DNA from: Oricola sp.
GTDB lineage: Bacteria; Pseudomonadota; Alphaproteobacteria; Rhizobiales; Rhizobiaceae
Assembly: GCF_022763245.1 (NCBI RefSeq)
Contig: NZ_JALEGV010000041.1
Coordinates: 355,223 to 419,222, forward strand
Direction: 5' to 3'
DNA: 64,000 bases
Each line of letters begins with the position of its first letter. The first letter of the stretch is position 1. The notes below the pieces were generated by a model, which worked only from the letters and a program-made list of their open reading frames with translations, was not told where the DNA came from and did not search any database. A program made the translations under genes and the position numbers. This document shows, in pieces, positions 39,989 through 50,452 of the stretch.

Positions 39989-40453
39989 TCAGAACCCCCA
40001 TGGCCCCTCGGCCAGCGACAGGCCGAGCACGAGATGGAAAATGGTGTAGATGCCGACGGAGATCGCGGCGCCGGCGCCCGCGGCGGCCAGCACGTGCGCG
40101 CCCAGCCGCCAGGACAGGAATGCCGCGGCCACTGCGGTGGAGGCGACGAAGCCGGCTTCCGGCAGCGCCAGCGCGTAGGCGACCATCACGGCGACGGACA
40201 CGCCGATTTCGAAGAAGCGACCGAAGACCGGCCATTGAGGCGCGGGATCGGGTTTGACGATGAAGACGAGGCTCGAAATCCCCAGCACCGTCGCGATGAT
40301 GTAGGGAAAGGCCTTCGGCCCGACCGGATCCTGGATGAAGCTTTCCTGGATCAGGGTTCCCTGCCAGGCATAGAAGACAGCGAGCAGCAGGCCGATGAGC
40401 CCGAAAATGCGATCGCTCATGATCACTCCTCCCCTCGTGATCGCGCGGAACAC
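39989..40453 (-). CDS. tctB: tripartite tricarboxylate transporter small membrane subunit
   Basis: 154 aa with 4 TM segments, between tctC and tctA. Confidence 0.7.
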   Translation of the reverse strand: MFRAITRGGVIMSDRIFGLIGLLLAVFYAWQGTLIQESFIQDPVGPKAFPYIIATVLGISSLVFIVKPDPAPQWPVFGRFFEIGVSVAVMVAYALALPEAGFVASTAVAAAFLSWRLGAHVLAAAGAGAAISVGIYTIFHLVLGLSLAEGPWGF

Positions 40454-40498
40454 CCGGCGGCGAGCCGCCGGGTGACGATAGTCAGCCGAGGAACCGGC

Positions 40499-41473
40499 TT
40501 ACTTCAGCAGGCCGATCTGCTTGGACAGGTCGGTGATGCTGTCGATCGAGCCCTTGACGAAGGCCTGGAACTCGTCGCCGGTCATGTTCAGCGGCGCGAG
40601 GCCGTTCTGGGCCATGACCTGCTTCCACTCGTCGGAAGCGTAGGTCTTGGCGACCGCCTCGGTCCAGAACGCATAGGCGTCGTCCGACATGCCGCCCGGC
40701 GCGTAGAACCCACGCCAGTTGGCGCCGATCACGTCGATGCCCTGCTCCTTGGCCGTCGGGAAGTCGGCGAAATCGCCTTCGAGGCGCTCCGGCGAAAGCA
40801 CGGCGATCACCTTGATGTCACCGGAATCGACGAAGCCCTTGGCTTCCGAAGCGTCGCCCGTGAAGGCCTGCACGGAACCGGCGAGAAGCTGCGTGACCGC
40901 CTCGCCGCCGCCGTCGAAGGCGACGTACTTGACCTGGCGCACGTCATCGATGCCCGCTTTCTGGGCGGCGATCAGCACCTTGAGATGGTCCCAGCCGCCG
41001 ACAGCCGAGCCGCCGGCCACCGACACGGAGGTCGGGTCGGCCTTGATCATGTCCATCAGTTCGGGAAGCGTGCTGATGTCGGAATCCGCCGCCACGGCGA
41101 TGATGCCGTAATCGGCGCCGACAGCGCCGACCCAGCGCATCTGGTCCATCGTGTTGCCGGGATAGGCGCCCTGCGCGAGGCGGGTTGCAGTCGCCGAGGA
41201 GGCCGCCACGATCAGGTTGTTGTCGTCGCTGCGCTTGTTGGCGACCTCGGCATAGGCCACGCCGCCGCCGCCGCCGGCGAGATTGGCGACCTGCATCGTG
41301 CCCGGCACGAGGCCCAGGTCCTGCATGGTCTTGCCGACCTGACGGCAGGTGAAGTCCCAACCGCCGCCGGGGCCGGCCGGCGCGATGCATTCGGTGTTGT
41401 TCGGTTCGAAAGCGAAAGCCGCGATCGAGGACGCGACAGTGAACGCGGCCGCAAGGCCGAGCAGTTTCTTCAT
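40499..41473 (-). CDS. tctC: tripartite tricarboxylate transporter substrate-binding protein (Bug family)
   Basis: Signal peptide plus the Bug/TctC fold. 324 aa. Confidence 0.8.
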   Translation of the reverse strand: MKKLLGLAAAFTVASSIAAFAFEPNNTECIAPAGPGGGWDFTCRQVGKTMQDLGLVPGTMQVANLAGGGGGVAYAEVANKRSDDNNLIVAASSATATRLAQGAYPGNTMDQMRWVGAVGADYGIIAVAADSDISTLPELMDMIKADPTSVSVAGGSAVGGWDHLKVLIAAQKAGIDDVRQVKYVAFDGGGEAVTQLLAGSVQAFTGDASEAKGFVDSGDIKVIAVLSPERLEGDFADFPTAKEQGIDVIGANWRGFYAPGGMSDDAYAFWTEAVAKTYASDEWKQVMAQNGLAPLNMTGDEFQAFVKGSIDSITDLSKQIGLLK

Positions 41474-41569
41474 GGATTTTCCTCCTCATGTGCCAACGGC
41501 GTTGCGCGCCGTTGCTGTCGGACCTAATAGTGCATGAAGCTGTCACTGAGCTGTCACGGCGGGAGGAGC

Positions 41570-42255
41570 ATGTGCGGCTGCTGATCGTCGAGGACGCGGA
41601 AGACGTCTGCGATGCCATTGTCGAAAGCCTGACGCGGATCGGTCACGTCTGCGACAAGGCGCGCACGCTCGGCGACGCGCGTCAGCTTCTCGCCGTCCAG
41701 CCTTTCGACCTCGTCGTGCTCGACATCAACCTGCCCGACGGCTTCGGCCATGACCTGTTGAAGGAAATCCGCGCCCGCGGCGACGCGCTTGCCGTCATCA
41801 TGCTGACCGCGCGGCTGGGCGTCGACGACCGTGTCGACGCGCTCGACGCCGGCGCCGACGATTATCTGGTCAAGCCATTCGACATCCGGGAACTGGAGGC
41901 CCGCGTCCGCGCGGTCGCCCGCCGCCGCCACGGCGAAACCGACGCCGTGCTCGAGGCCGGCGACATCAGTTTCAACACCGCCACCCGGCAGGTCACCGTC
42001 GCCGGCGAACCCTGCGAACTGACGCGGCGCGAGCAGTCGCTCCTGGAGATATTGCTGTCGTCGCGCGGCCGCGTCATCGCCAAGGAGGAACTGCATTCAC
42101 GCCTCTTCGGCCTGCAGGAGGAGGCCGGGTTGAACGCGGTCGAACTCTATGTCGCCCGGCTGCGCAAGAAGCTGCCTTCCACACGGCTTGAGATCCGCAC
42201 CCTGCGCGGCCTCGGCTACCAGGCCTTCGTCTCCGGGGTCGCGCCGCGTGCTTGA
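41570..42255 (+). CDS. tctD: OmpR-family response regulator
   Basis: Receiver (LLIVEDAEDV...DLVVLDINLPDG) and winged-helix (ELYVARLRKKL). GTG start preceded by GGAGG. Confidence 0.8.
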
Positions 42256-43666
42256 TCCGGGCAATGCGCGCGCGCTGGCGCGTGCCTCGCGCCGCCGTCC
42301 GTCGATCGCGCTTCGCCTCACGCTTGCGGTCGCCTTCATCCTGGCGCTTGCGGCCTCCGCCGCGCTGTGGTCCGCCTGGCGCTACGGCATCCAGGCGGCC
42401 AACGAGGCGTATGATCGGCTGTTGACCGGCGCGTCGCTGCAGATCGCGGAACGCATCAGCGTGGCCGATGGCGAGGTGCTGGTGGACTTGCCGTCCTCGG
42501 CCTTCGAACTCCTGTCGCTCGCCCGCAACGACCGCGTCTTCTATCGCGTCCTCGGCATGGCGGGCGAAACGTTGACCGGCTATCCCGACCTGCCGCTTCC
42601 CGACACGGATGGGTCCGGCGCCGCGCCGGTGGTCTACGACGCCGTCTATTCCGGCGAAACCGTGCGCGCGGTGATGGCCACCCGGCCGATCGCAGAACGC
42701 GGCATGAACGGCAATGTCCGCGTTGTCGTCGCCCACACCGTGCAGGAGCGCATCGGGCTGGCCCGCGACATCGCCACCCGCGCCGCGATCCTCGTCGGCG
42801 CCGCGGGGCTCGCCATCGTGCTGATCGCCTGGTTCGCCGTGCGCCATGCGCTGGCGCCGCTACGCCGCGTCGAGCGGGCGCTGCTCTCGCGCGACCCCAA
42901 CGATCTCTCGCCCTTCGAGATCGAGACGCCGCGCGAACTGGAGGCTGTCGTCGACGCCATCAACCGCTTCACCCGCCGCCTCGACCGGCGCGTCACGGCG
43001 GTCCAGTCCTTCGTCGCCGATGCCGCCCACCAGTTGCGCACGCCGATCACCGCCATTCGCGCCCAGGCGCAGATCGCCGCCAGCGAGGAATCGCCCGATC
43101 GCCTGAGACGCATCTCGCGGCGCATCCTGGACCGCTCGGTCGCGGTCAGCCGGCTGGCCGACCAGTTGCTCAGCCATGCGCTGGTCACGCACCGCACCGA
43201 TTCCGAACCGCACGCCCTGGTCGATCTGCGCCGCATCGCCATGGAGGCCGAGGAGGAAACCCGCCGGTTCGCCGACACCGCTGCCGAATTGCCGCTTCTC
43301 GACCTGCCCGAGGAACCGGTCACGGTCGCCGGCGACCGCTTTTCGTTGCGCGAGGCCGTGAAGAACCTCGCCAACAATGCGATGGAACACGGCCGCCCGC
43401 CGGTCGCCATCCGCGTCTCCACCGAGGGCGCTCTCGCCCGCATCGCGGTCGTCGATCACGGCAAGGGCATTGCCAAGGAGGAGCGCGCGTCGGCCGGAAC
43501 GCGCTTCCGGCGCAACCGCGCGGCGTCGTCCAGGGGCGCCAGTCTCGGCCTCGCCATCGCCCATGAGGTCGCCATTTCCCATGGCGGCGAATTGCAGCTG
43601 CGCGATCTCGATGCGGGCGGCTTCGAGGTAGCCCTGTCGCTGCCGCTTTCGGAGGACCGGACGTGA
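42248..43666 (+). CDS. tctE: sensor histidine kinase
   Basis: Two TM helices flank a periplasmic domain. H-box (AAHQLRTPITAI), HATPase (NLANNAMEHG, GLGLAIAHE). GTG start overlaps the tctD stop. Confidence 0.75.
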   Translation: MLDPGNARALARASRRRPSIALRLTLAVAFILALAASAALWSAWRYGIQAANEAYDRLLTGASLQIAERISVADGEVLVDLPSSAFELLSLARNDRVFYRVLGMAGETLTGYPDLPLPDTDGSGAAPVVYDAVYSGETVRAVMATRPIAERGMNGNVRVVVAHTVQERIGLARDIATRAAILVGAAGLAIVLIAWFAVRHALAPLRRVERALLSRDPNDLSPFEIETPRELEAVVDAINRFTRRLDRRVTAVQSFVADAAHQLRTPITAIRAQAQIAASEESPDRLRRISRRILDRSVAVSRLADQLLSHALVTHRTDSEPHALVDLRRIAMEAEEETRRFADTAAELPLLDLPEEPVTVAGDRFSLREAVKNLANNAMEHGRPPVAIRVSTEGALARIAVVDHGKGIAKEERASAGTRFRRNRAASSRGASLGLAIAHEVAISHGGELQLRDLDAGGFEVALSLPLSEDRT

Positions 43667-44730
43667 TCGCGCGCCTTGTCTCGTTCCTCGTCGCCGTCCT
43701 CGTGGTCGCGCCGGCATGCGCCGCCGATTTCGATTTCCCGGCGTCGGCGACGCCTGCGCGTACGCTCGTCATCGGCTCGACCACCGATATCGGCATCATC
43801 CGCCCCGTCATCGTGGCATGGCAGAAGGCCAATCCGTCCGTCGCCATCCGCTATCGCGAATTGACCACCAACGCGCTTTTCGGCGAGGCGAAGGCTGCCT
43901 GCGAAGGCGACGCGCCGGCCGACGACGTCGTGCTCTCCTCGGCAATGGACCTGCAGGCCAAGCTCGTCAATGACGGCTGCGCCGTGACCGTCGACCGGCC
44001 GGGCCTCAACGCCCTGCCGGACTTCGCCCGCTGGCGCTCGCAGCTCTTCGGCCTGACCTACGAACCAGCCGTGATCGTCTACAACCGCCGCGCCGTCGCC
44101 GCGCACGAGGCGCCGACCGACCATTTCGCCTTGCTCGACCTCCTGCGCCAACCCGGGCGTTTCGAGGGCCGCATCGGCACCTACGACATCGAGGCCTCCG
44201 GCCTCGGCTACCTCTTCGCCACGCTCGACGATCAACGCTCCTCGACATGGGGCCGCCTGATAGAGGCGATGGGTCGCAACCATGTACGGCTCTATTGCTG
44301 CACCCAGGACATCCTCGACCGTGTCGCCGACGGCCGCCTGACGCTCGGCTACAACGTGCTCGGATCCTACGCGCTCGCCGAAGCGCGGCGGAAGCCGGAT
44401 CTCGCCGTTGCGGTGCCGTCCGACTACACGCTCGTTCTCACCCGGGCCGCCTTCGTGCCCCGCCAGGCCGCCAACCGTGCCGACGCCGAAGCCTTCCTCG
44501 AATTCACGCAGGGGCCGGAGGGCCGCCGTATTCTCAACGAGGAGGCGCTGTTGTTTTCGCCAATCGACGGTGAAGACCAGCTCTTCAAGGCGCTCGACGC
44601 GAGACAGCAGGAGAAACGCGCGATCCGCCCGATCGGCCTCGGCCCGGCGCTGATCGTCGGCCTCGACCAGATGAAGCGCCGGCTGTTTCTCAAGCAATGG
44701 CGCGACTCGCTCGGCATCGGCGAGGATTGA
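43663..44730 (+). CDS. periplasmic substrate-binding protein (PBP2 fold) co-transcribed with tctDE
   Basis: Signal peptide (MIARLVSFLVAVLVVAPACAADF). GTG start overlaps the tctE stop (GTGA). Solute-binding-protein-like two-lobe sequence. No ABC permease or ATPase genes nearby. Confidence 0.55.
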   Translation: MIARLVSFLVAVLVVAPACAADFDFPASATPARTLVIGSTTDIGIIRPVIVAWQKANPSVAIRYRELTTNALFGEAKAACEGDAPADDVVLSSAMDLQAKLVNDGCAVTVDRPGLNALPDFARWRSQLFGLTYEPAVIVYNRRAVAAHEAPTDHFALLDLLRQPGRFEGRIGTYDIEASGLGYLFATLDDQRSSTWGRLIEAMGRNHVRLYCCTQDILDRVADGRLTLGYNVLGSYALAEARRKPDLAVAVPSDYTLVLTRAAFVPRQAANRADAEAFLEFTQGPEGRRILNEEALLFSPIDGEDQLFKALDARQQEKRAIRPIGLGPALIVGLDQMKRRLFLKQWRDSLGIGED

Positions 44731-44813
44731 CCGGCGCAAACTTGCGCCGCCGCGCCTGGCCCTATAGTGGTCACGAGACCCTTCCTTTCCATAATCCAAT
44801 CCGGACCGAAAAG

Positions 44814-45857
44814 ATGAAATACCGCAAACTCGGCCGCACCGGCCTGGAGGTGAGCGCGATTTGCCTCGGCACCATGACCTGGGGCTCGCAGAACACGGAA
44901 GCCGAAGCCCACGAGCAGATGGACTACGCCGTCGGCCAGGGCGTCAATTTCTTCGATACGGCCGAACTCTATCCGACGACCCCGCAGGGCCCCGAAACCT
45001 ACGGCCGCACGGAAGAGATCGTCGGCAGCTGGTTCGCGAAGCGCGGCAAGCGCGACGACATCGTGCTGGCCACCAAGATCGTCGGCGCGGGCCGTCCGCA
45101 TATCGACGACGGTGCGCCGGTTTCGGCGGCGAAGGTCCGGCTGGCCTGCGAACGTTCGCTGAAGCGCCTGCAGACGGACTATATCGACCTCTACCAGGTC
45201 CACTGGCCCAATCGCGGCTCCTACCACTTCCGGCAGAACTGGACTTGGGACCCGCAGGCCCATGACGGCGAAAAGGCGAAGGCCGATTTCCTGGAGACGC
45301 TCGAAGAGATCGGCGCGCTCGTCAAGGAAGGCAAGGTGCGCCATTTCGGCCTGTCGAACGAGAGCGTCTGGGGCACCATGCAGCATCTGCGCATCGCCGA
45401 GGAGCACGGGCTGCCGCGCGTCCAGTCGATCCAGAACGAATATTCGCTGCTGCACCGCATCTTCGACCTCGATTTCGCGGAAGTTGCCGCCCATGAGGAT
45501 GTCGGCCTGCTCGCCTACACGCCGCTCGCTTCAGGCCAGCTTTCGGGCAAGTACCGCACCGGAGAGATCCCGTCCGGTTCGCGCCTGAGCATCCAGAAGG
45601 ATCTGCTCGGCCGCCGCCACGAACGCTCGGCGCCGGCGCTCGAAGCCTATCTGCAGATCGCCGACAAGCACGGTCTCGACCCGGCGCAAATGGCGTTGGC
45701 CTTCGTCCTGTCGCGGCCCTTCACCACGGCGGTGATCATCGGGGCGACGCAGATGGAGCAGTTGAAGACGGATATCGCGGCGATCGGGATTGACCTGTCG
45801 GACGAGGTGTTCGCCGACATCGAGGACACCTTCAAGCACTATCCGCTTCCGCTCTAG
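44814..45857 (+). CDS. aldo/keto reductase
   Basis: MKYRKLGRTGLEVSAICLGTMTWG...IDLYQVHWP carries classic AKR motifs. Confidence 0.85.
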   Translation: MKYRKLGRTGLEVSAICLGTMTWGSQNTEAEAHEQMDYAVGQGVNFFDTAELYPTTPQGPETYGRTEEIVGSWFAKRGKRDDIVLATKIVGAGRPHIDDGAPVSAAKVRLACERSLKRLQTDYIDLYQVHWPNRGSYHFRQNWTWDPQAHDGEKAKADFLETLEEIGALVKEGKVRHFGLSNESVWGTMQHLRIAEEHGLPRVQSIQNEYSLLHRIFDLDFAEVAAHEDVGLLAYTPLASGQLSGKYRTGEIPSGSRLSIQKDLLGRRHERSAPALEAYLQIADKHGLDPAQMALAFVLSRPFTTAVIIGATQMEQLKTDIAAIGIDLSDEVFADIEDTFKHYPLPL

Positions 45858-45887
45858 GGGGCGTCGCCCGACGGCGGGCGGAAAGGT

Positions 45888-47771
45888 CTAGGCCCGCCGC
45901 TTGCCGACGTGGGCCCTGGCCGAGGCGCCGTCATTGACGAGCGGCAGCGTGGCGCGCAGGAGCTGCGCGGTCGTGTCGGCGTCCACCGGGCGCGAGAACA
46001 GGTAGCCCTGGCCAAATGGGCACCCCAGTTCGCAAAGCCGTTCGACCTGCGCGAAGGTTTCCACCCCTTCCGCGACGATGTCGACCCTGAGCTTGCGGGC
46101 GATGTCGATCAGCGCCTCGACGACTGCCGCGCTCGGCGGATCGGTCAGCAGTTTCTCGATGAACGACCTGTCGATCTTGATGATGTCGAAGGGCGTGTTG
46201 AGCAGGTGGGTCAGCGACGCGAAGCCGGTGCCGAAATCATCGAGCGCGATGCGCACGCCGCGTGCGCGCAGCCGGTTGAGCGGATCGACGACGCGTCCGT
46301 CCATCATCACCGTCTCCGTCACTTCCACCTGGAGATAGTGGAGCGGCAGGCCGACGCGGTCGAAGGCCTCCGACACGCGGGCCTCCAGGTTGCCGGTGCG
46401 GAAATCCGCCAGTGACAGGTTCAGAGCCAGATGCTCGATGCGCAGGCCCTGGTCGAGCCAGCCACGCAGTTCGCGCACGGCGATGTCGAGCATCCGCGTG
46501 GTCAGGCGCGCCGCGTTGCGCACGTCGGCGAAGGCCAACTGGAAATCCTGCGCACTAAAGATCCGCCCGTCGGTGGCGCGAATGCGCGCCAGCGCTTCCA
46601 CGCCGGTGATCCGTCCCGTTTCCAGGCTCACGACCGGCTGGAAATGGGCGGTCAGCCGGTCCTCGTCGAGTGCCTGCAGCAACTGGTGAGATTCCTCGAT
46701 CCGCCGCATGATCGAGGTCTTGTGACCGGGATCGAAGCGCTGGTAGCCGCCCGGATTGGTCTCCTTGCCGTGATAGAGCGCGACATCGGCGTGCTGACGT
46801 AACTGCTCGGGCGCGGCGCCGTCGCAGCCGCTGAGCACCCCGCCGATCGTCACGCTCGGCGTGATGGTGCTGCCCAATGCGGTGATTGGCTGGCTGACGC
46901 CGTCGATGAGCTTGAGGGCTGCCTTGCGCAATCCCTCGTCGTCGTGGCACGCGCGGCAAAGCACCGCGAATTCGTCGCCGCCGAGCCGGAACACCCGGTC
47001 GGGCGCGGACAACTCGTCGATGCGTGAGGCGACGACGGAGATCAGCGTGTCGCCCGCCCAGTGGCCGAGGCTGTCATTGACGATCTTCAGATTGTCGATG
47101 TCGACCAGCAGCAGGCCGAACGGCCGTTTCGAGAATTCGGGATCGTGGAACACGGTGTCGAACGAGCGGCGGTTGCCGAGGCCGGTCAACTGGTCGCGAA
47201 AGGCGAGGAACTCGTTGCGGCTATTGATCTGGATGTGTTCGAGCGCGATCGCGCAGAGATGCACGGATCGCTTCACCAGTTCGCGCTCGATCTCGGTCGC
47301 GTCGCGCTTCTTGCGGAAATAGAAGGCGAAGGTCGCAATCGTTCGGCCGTCGCGCGCCTTGATTGGGCTCGACCAGCAGGCCTTGAGGCCGTAGGGCTGC
47401 GCCAGGCCGAGATAGGGCTGCCATTTGGGATCGTTGTCGATGTCGGCCGACAGCACCGGCTCGCCCAGATAGGCGGCCGTGCCGCAGGATCCGGCTTCCG
47501 GTCCGATCGCCGCGCCGTCGAGGGCTTCGGCATAGGCGGCGGGCAGGCTCGGTGCCGACACCGGCCGGATCAGCCCGTTCTCGATGCGCACGATCGTGCA
47601 GATCGCGCCGTCTGACAGCGCCTCGGCCTTCCGGCACAAGAGGTCGGCGATCGCGGCGAAGTCATTGCCGGTGGCAAGTGCTTCCAGAATCTGGCTTTGA
47701 AAGGCGGAAAGTTCGAGTTGGTCGGCCAGTTCCATGAGTTTCGTCCGTTTTGGCAGCCGTATTGGCATCAC
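45888..47771 (-). CDS. GAF-GGDEF-EAL signalling protein
   Basis: N-terminal GAF-like sensor, GGDEF (RLGGDEFAVLC), and EAL (EALARI, DDFGTGFASL, EGVE). Confidence 0.8.
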   Translation of the reverse strand: MMPIRLPKRTKLMELADQLELSAFQSQILEALATGNDFAAIADLLCRKAEALSDGAICTIVRIENGLIRPVSAPSLPAAYAEALDGAAIGPEAGSCGTAAYLGEPVLSADIDNDPKWQPYLGLAQPYGLKACWSSPIKARDGRTIATFAFYFRKKRDATEIERELVKRSVHLCAIALEHIQINSRNEFLAFRDQLTGLGNRRSFDTVFHDPEFSKRPFGLLLVDIDNLKIVNDSLGHWAGDTLISVVASRIDELSAPDRVFRLGGDEFAVLCRACHDDEGLRKAALKLIDGVSQPITALGSTITPSVTIGGVLSGCDGAAPEQLRQHADVALYHGKETNPGGYQRFDPGHKTSIMRRIEESHQLLQALDEDRLTAHFQPVVSLETGRITGVEALARIRATDGRIFSAQDFQLAFADVRNAARLTTRMLDIAVRELRGWLDQGLRIEHLALNLSLADFRTGNLEARVSEAFDRVGLPLHYLQVEVTETVMMDGRVVDPLNRLRARGVRIALDDFGTGFASLTHLLNTPFDIIKIDRSFIEKLLTDPPSAAVVEALIDIARKLRVDIVAEGVETFAQVERLCELGCPFGQGYLFSRPVDADTTAQLLRATLPLVNDGASARAHVGKRRA

Positions 47772-47852
47772 ACGGACATTACGATTCCCTTTAGGAAGGG
47801 GTAGGAATTTCCAAAAAACGACTGGATTGCGGGCGATTCCGGTGAGTCGTGA

Positions 47853-48350
47853 CTACGCCAGCGCGGAAATTACTTCCGATGCCAGCTCTGGCGATGCGTC
47901 GTGATATCCCACCGCCGCGACGAGTTGATCCATCGGCACCTTGCCGTCGGGACCGAGAAAGAGGCCCTTGATCAGCCCATGCGCCATCAGCTTGCCGTCG
48001 CGCTCCATGCGGTGCTCCATGTAAAGCCATTTCTCGTCCCAGCCGAGAATCCGCGTCGTCAGGTCGAAACGGTCGAAGGCGTTGAGCGAGCGGCGGAAGG
48101 TGATCTTCGCCGATCCCACCACCGGATACCACTTGCGCTCGCGCATGATCGGCCAAAGCCCGGTGCGCATGATCAGGTCGAACCGGCCGAGATCCATGAC
48201 GGTCAGGTAGCGGCCATTGTTCATGTGCAAATTGGTGTCGAGGTCGTTCGGCCAGCAGCGCAGCGTCAGCCGGCTTTCGTCGAGCGCGCTCATCGGCCCG
48301 CGCCGTTTAAGCGTCAGGAGCACCTGGATCAGGCGGAACAGGAGGTTCAT
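47853..48350 (-). CDS. hotdog-fold acyl-CoA thioesterase family protein
   Basis: ~165 aa with a thioesterase-like core (WPNDLDTNLHMNNGRYLTVMDL). Confidence 0.55.
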   Translation of the reverse strand: MNLLFRLIQVLLTLKRRGPMSALDESRLTLRCWPNDLDTNLHMNNGRYLTVMDLGRFDLIMRTGLWPIMRERKWYPVVGSAKITFRRSLNAFDRFDLTTRILGWDEKWLYMEHRMERDGKLMAHGLIKGLFLGPDGKVPMDQLVAAVGYHDASPELASEVISALA

Positions 48351-48448
48351 GGGGCAGCCCTGGGTTGAGGTGCCCCTGTCTAACGTTTACGTAAAAGGAA
48401 GTCCAGCGCGAGACCGGCGGAACGCAGTGAAGCGCCGGCCGCCGACGC

Positions 48449-49759
48449 TCACACGTAGACCGGCTTATCCACCCGTTCGTCCGATCCGAAGATCTTCAGG
48501 TAACGCTCGATCTCCGACGGATCGCCGGTCGCCTTTCCGGGGTTGTCCGACAGCTTGACCGCCGGCCTGCCATTGGCGTCGGTCACCTTGCAGACAAGCG
48601 AAATGGCGCGAAGCTGCTCGTTCTTCCGCGGCGCGCAATCGACGAAGTCGTTGGTCAGGTTGGTGCCCCAGCCGAAGGCCATCCGGACACGGCCCTTGAA
48701 ATGTTCGTGGGTGCTTACGATCGTATCGACGTCGAGCCCGTCGGAGAAGATAAGGATCTTCTTCGTCGGGTCTTCGCCCTTCTCCTTCCACCAGGCAATG
48801 ATCCGCTCCCCGCCCTCGATCGGCGGCGCGGAATCCGGGCGGAAGCCGGTCCAGTCGGCGACCCAGTCAGGCGCGGTGCGCAGGAAGGCGGCCGTGCCGA
48901 ACGTATCCGGCAGGACGATGCGCAGATTGCCGCCGTAAAGCGCGTTCCAGTCCTCCAGCACGGTCAGATTGGCCTTGGCGATGCCGGCGTCGGTCTCGGC
49001 CAGCGCGGCATAGACCATCGGCAGTTCATGGGCGTTGGTGCCGACGGCTTCCAGGTCGTTGTCCATGGCCAAGAGCACGTTGGACGTGCCGGTAAACGCG
49101 TCGGGGATGCCTTCGGCCAGCGCCTGCACGCACCAGCGCTGCCACAGGAAGGAATGTCGCCGCCGCGTGCCGAAATCGGAAATCGACAGGCCCGGCAATT
49201 GCTTCAGCCGTTCCACCTTTTCCCACATCTTCGCTTTCGCCCGCGCATAGAGCACGTCGAGCTCGAACGGGCCCATGCCGCGCATCGCGGCCCGGCTGCG
49301 CAGCTCGTTGATGATGGCGAGCGCCGGGATCTCCCACATGGTCGTGTCGGTCCAGCGGCCGTGGAAATCGAGCTGGAACTGCCCGTCCCTCTGCGAAAGC
49401 TCGTAGTCCGGGAGGCGGAAATCGGCGAGCCAGGCGAGGAATTCCGGCTCGAAGATCTGCTTTCGACCGTAGAAGCTGTTGCCGGCAAGCCAGATCATTT
49501 CCTTCTTGGTCAGTTGCACGGTGCGGGCGAAATCGAGCTGGTCGCGCAATTCGCCGATGTCGATCTCGTCGGCGAGCCGGATCGAGGTGGTGCGGTTGAT
49601 CAGGGAAAAGGTCGCATCGACGTCCGGATGAAGCTTCCAGATCATCTGCAGCATCATCAGCTTGTAGAAATCCGTGTCGAGCAGTGACCGGACGATCGGA
49701 TCGAGCTTCCAGGTGTGGTCGTGGACCCGCCTTGCGATGTCGAGAACGCGAAAGACCAT
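48449..49759 (-). CDS. pncB: nicotinate phosphoribosyltransferase
   Basis: [13 protein letters not shown]-terminal motif. 436 aa. Confidence 0.9.
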   Translation of the reverse strand: MVFRVLDIARRVHDHTWKLDPIVRSLLDTDFYKLMMLQMIWKLHPDVDATFSLINRTTSIRLADEIDIGELRDQLDFARTVQLTKKEMIWLAGNSFYGRKQIFEPEFLAWLADFRLPDYELSQRDGQFQLDFHGRWTDTTMWEIPALAIINELRSRAAMRGMGPFELDVLYARAKAKMWEKVERLKQLPGLSISDFGTRRRHSFLWQRWCVQALAEGIPDAFTGTSNVLLAMDNDLEAVGTNAHELPMVYAALAETDAGIAKANLTVLEDWNALYGGNLRIVLPDTFGTAAFLRTAPDWVADWTGFRPDSAPPIEGGERIIAWWKEKGEDPTKKILIFSDGLDVDTIVSTHEHFKGRVRMAFGWGTNLTNDFVDCAPRKNEQLRAISLVCKVTDANGRPAVKLSDNPGKATGDPSEIERYLKIFGSDERVDKPVYV

Positions 49760-49783
49760 GCGCCGTTCCTGCCTGAACCGTTG

Positions 49784-50383
49784 CTAGAGGAGATGCACAC
49801 CCGCGTCGCGCATCCTGTCCGTCATCGCCGCCAGCGATCCGTCAAGGTCGATCGCCCGGCAGGCCTGCAGAACCACCGCGGTCTTGAAACCGCATTTGAC
49901 CGCGTCGAGCGCCGAAAAGCCGACGCAGAAATCCGTCGCCAGGCCGCACAGCACGACTTCGGCGATGCCGCGCTCCTTCAGGTAGCCGGCAAGGCCGGTC
50001 GGCGTGCGATGATCGTTTTCGAAGAAGGCCGAATAGCTGTCGATCTCGGGCCGGAAGCCCTTGCGGATCACCAGTTCCGCTTTGGTCCAGTCGAGATCGG
50101 CGTGAAATTCGGCGCCCGGCGTGCCCTGAACGCAATGATCGGGCCACAGCGTCTGCGGGCCATACGCGACCTCGACTGTCTCGAAGGGGCCCTTGCCCGG
50201 ATGCTGCGAGGCGAAGGACGAATGGCCGGCCGGGTGCCAGTCCTGCGTCAGCACCACATGGTCGTGGCTGGCGATCATGTGGTTGACCAGCGGCAGGATG
50301 TCGTCGCCATTCTCCACGGCGAGCGCGCCGCCGGGGCAGAAGTCGTTTTGCACGTCGATGACGATCAGCGCCTTGTCCGCCAT
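49784..50383 (-). CDS. pncA: nicotinamidase (isochorismatase fold)
   Basis: ALIVIDVQNDFCPGGAL ... CGLATDFCV catalytic Cys context. Directly upstream of pncB. Confidence 0.8.
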   Translation of the reverse strand: MADKALIVIDVQNDFCPGGALAVENGDDILPLVNHMIASHDHVVLTQDWHPAGHSSFASQHPGKGPFETVEVAYGPQTLWPDHCVQGTPGAEFHADLDWTKAELVIRKGFRPEIDSYSAFFENDHRTPTGLAGYLKERGIAEVVLCGLATDFCVGFSALDAVKCGFKTAVVLQACRAIDLDGSLAAMTDRMRDAGVHLL

Positions 50384-50452
50384 GCCGCCCTCCCGTTTCC
50401 GGACCAGTTGCGTTTCGAGGCTTAGGGCAAGATGGCGGCGATGGGAAGGGCG

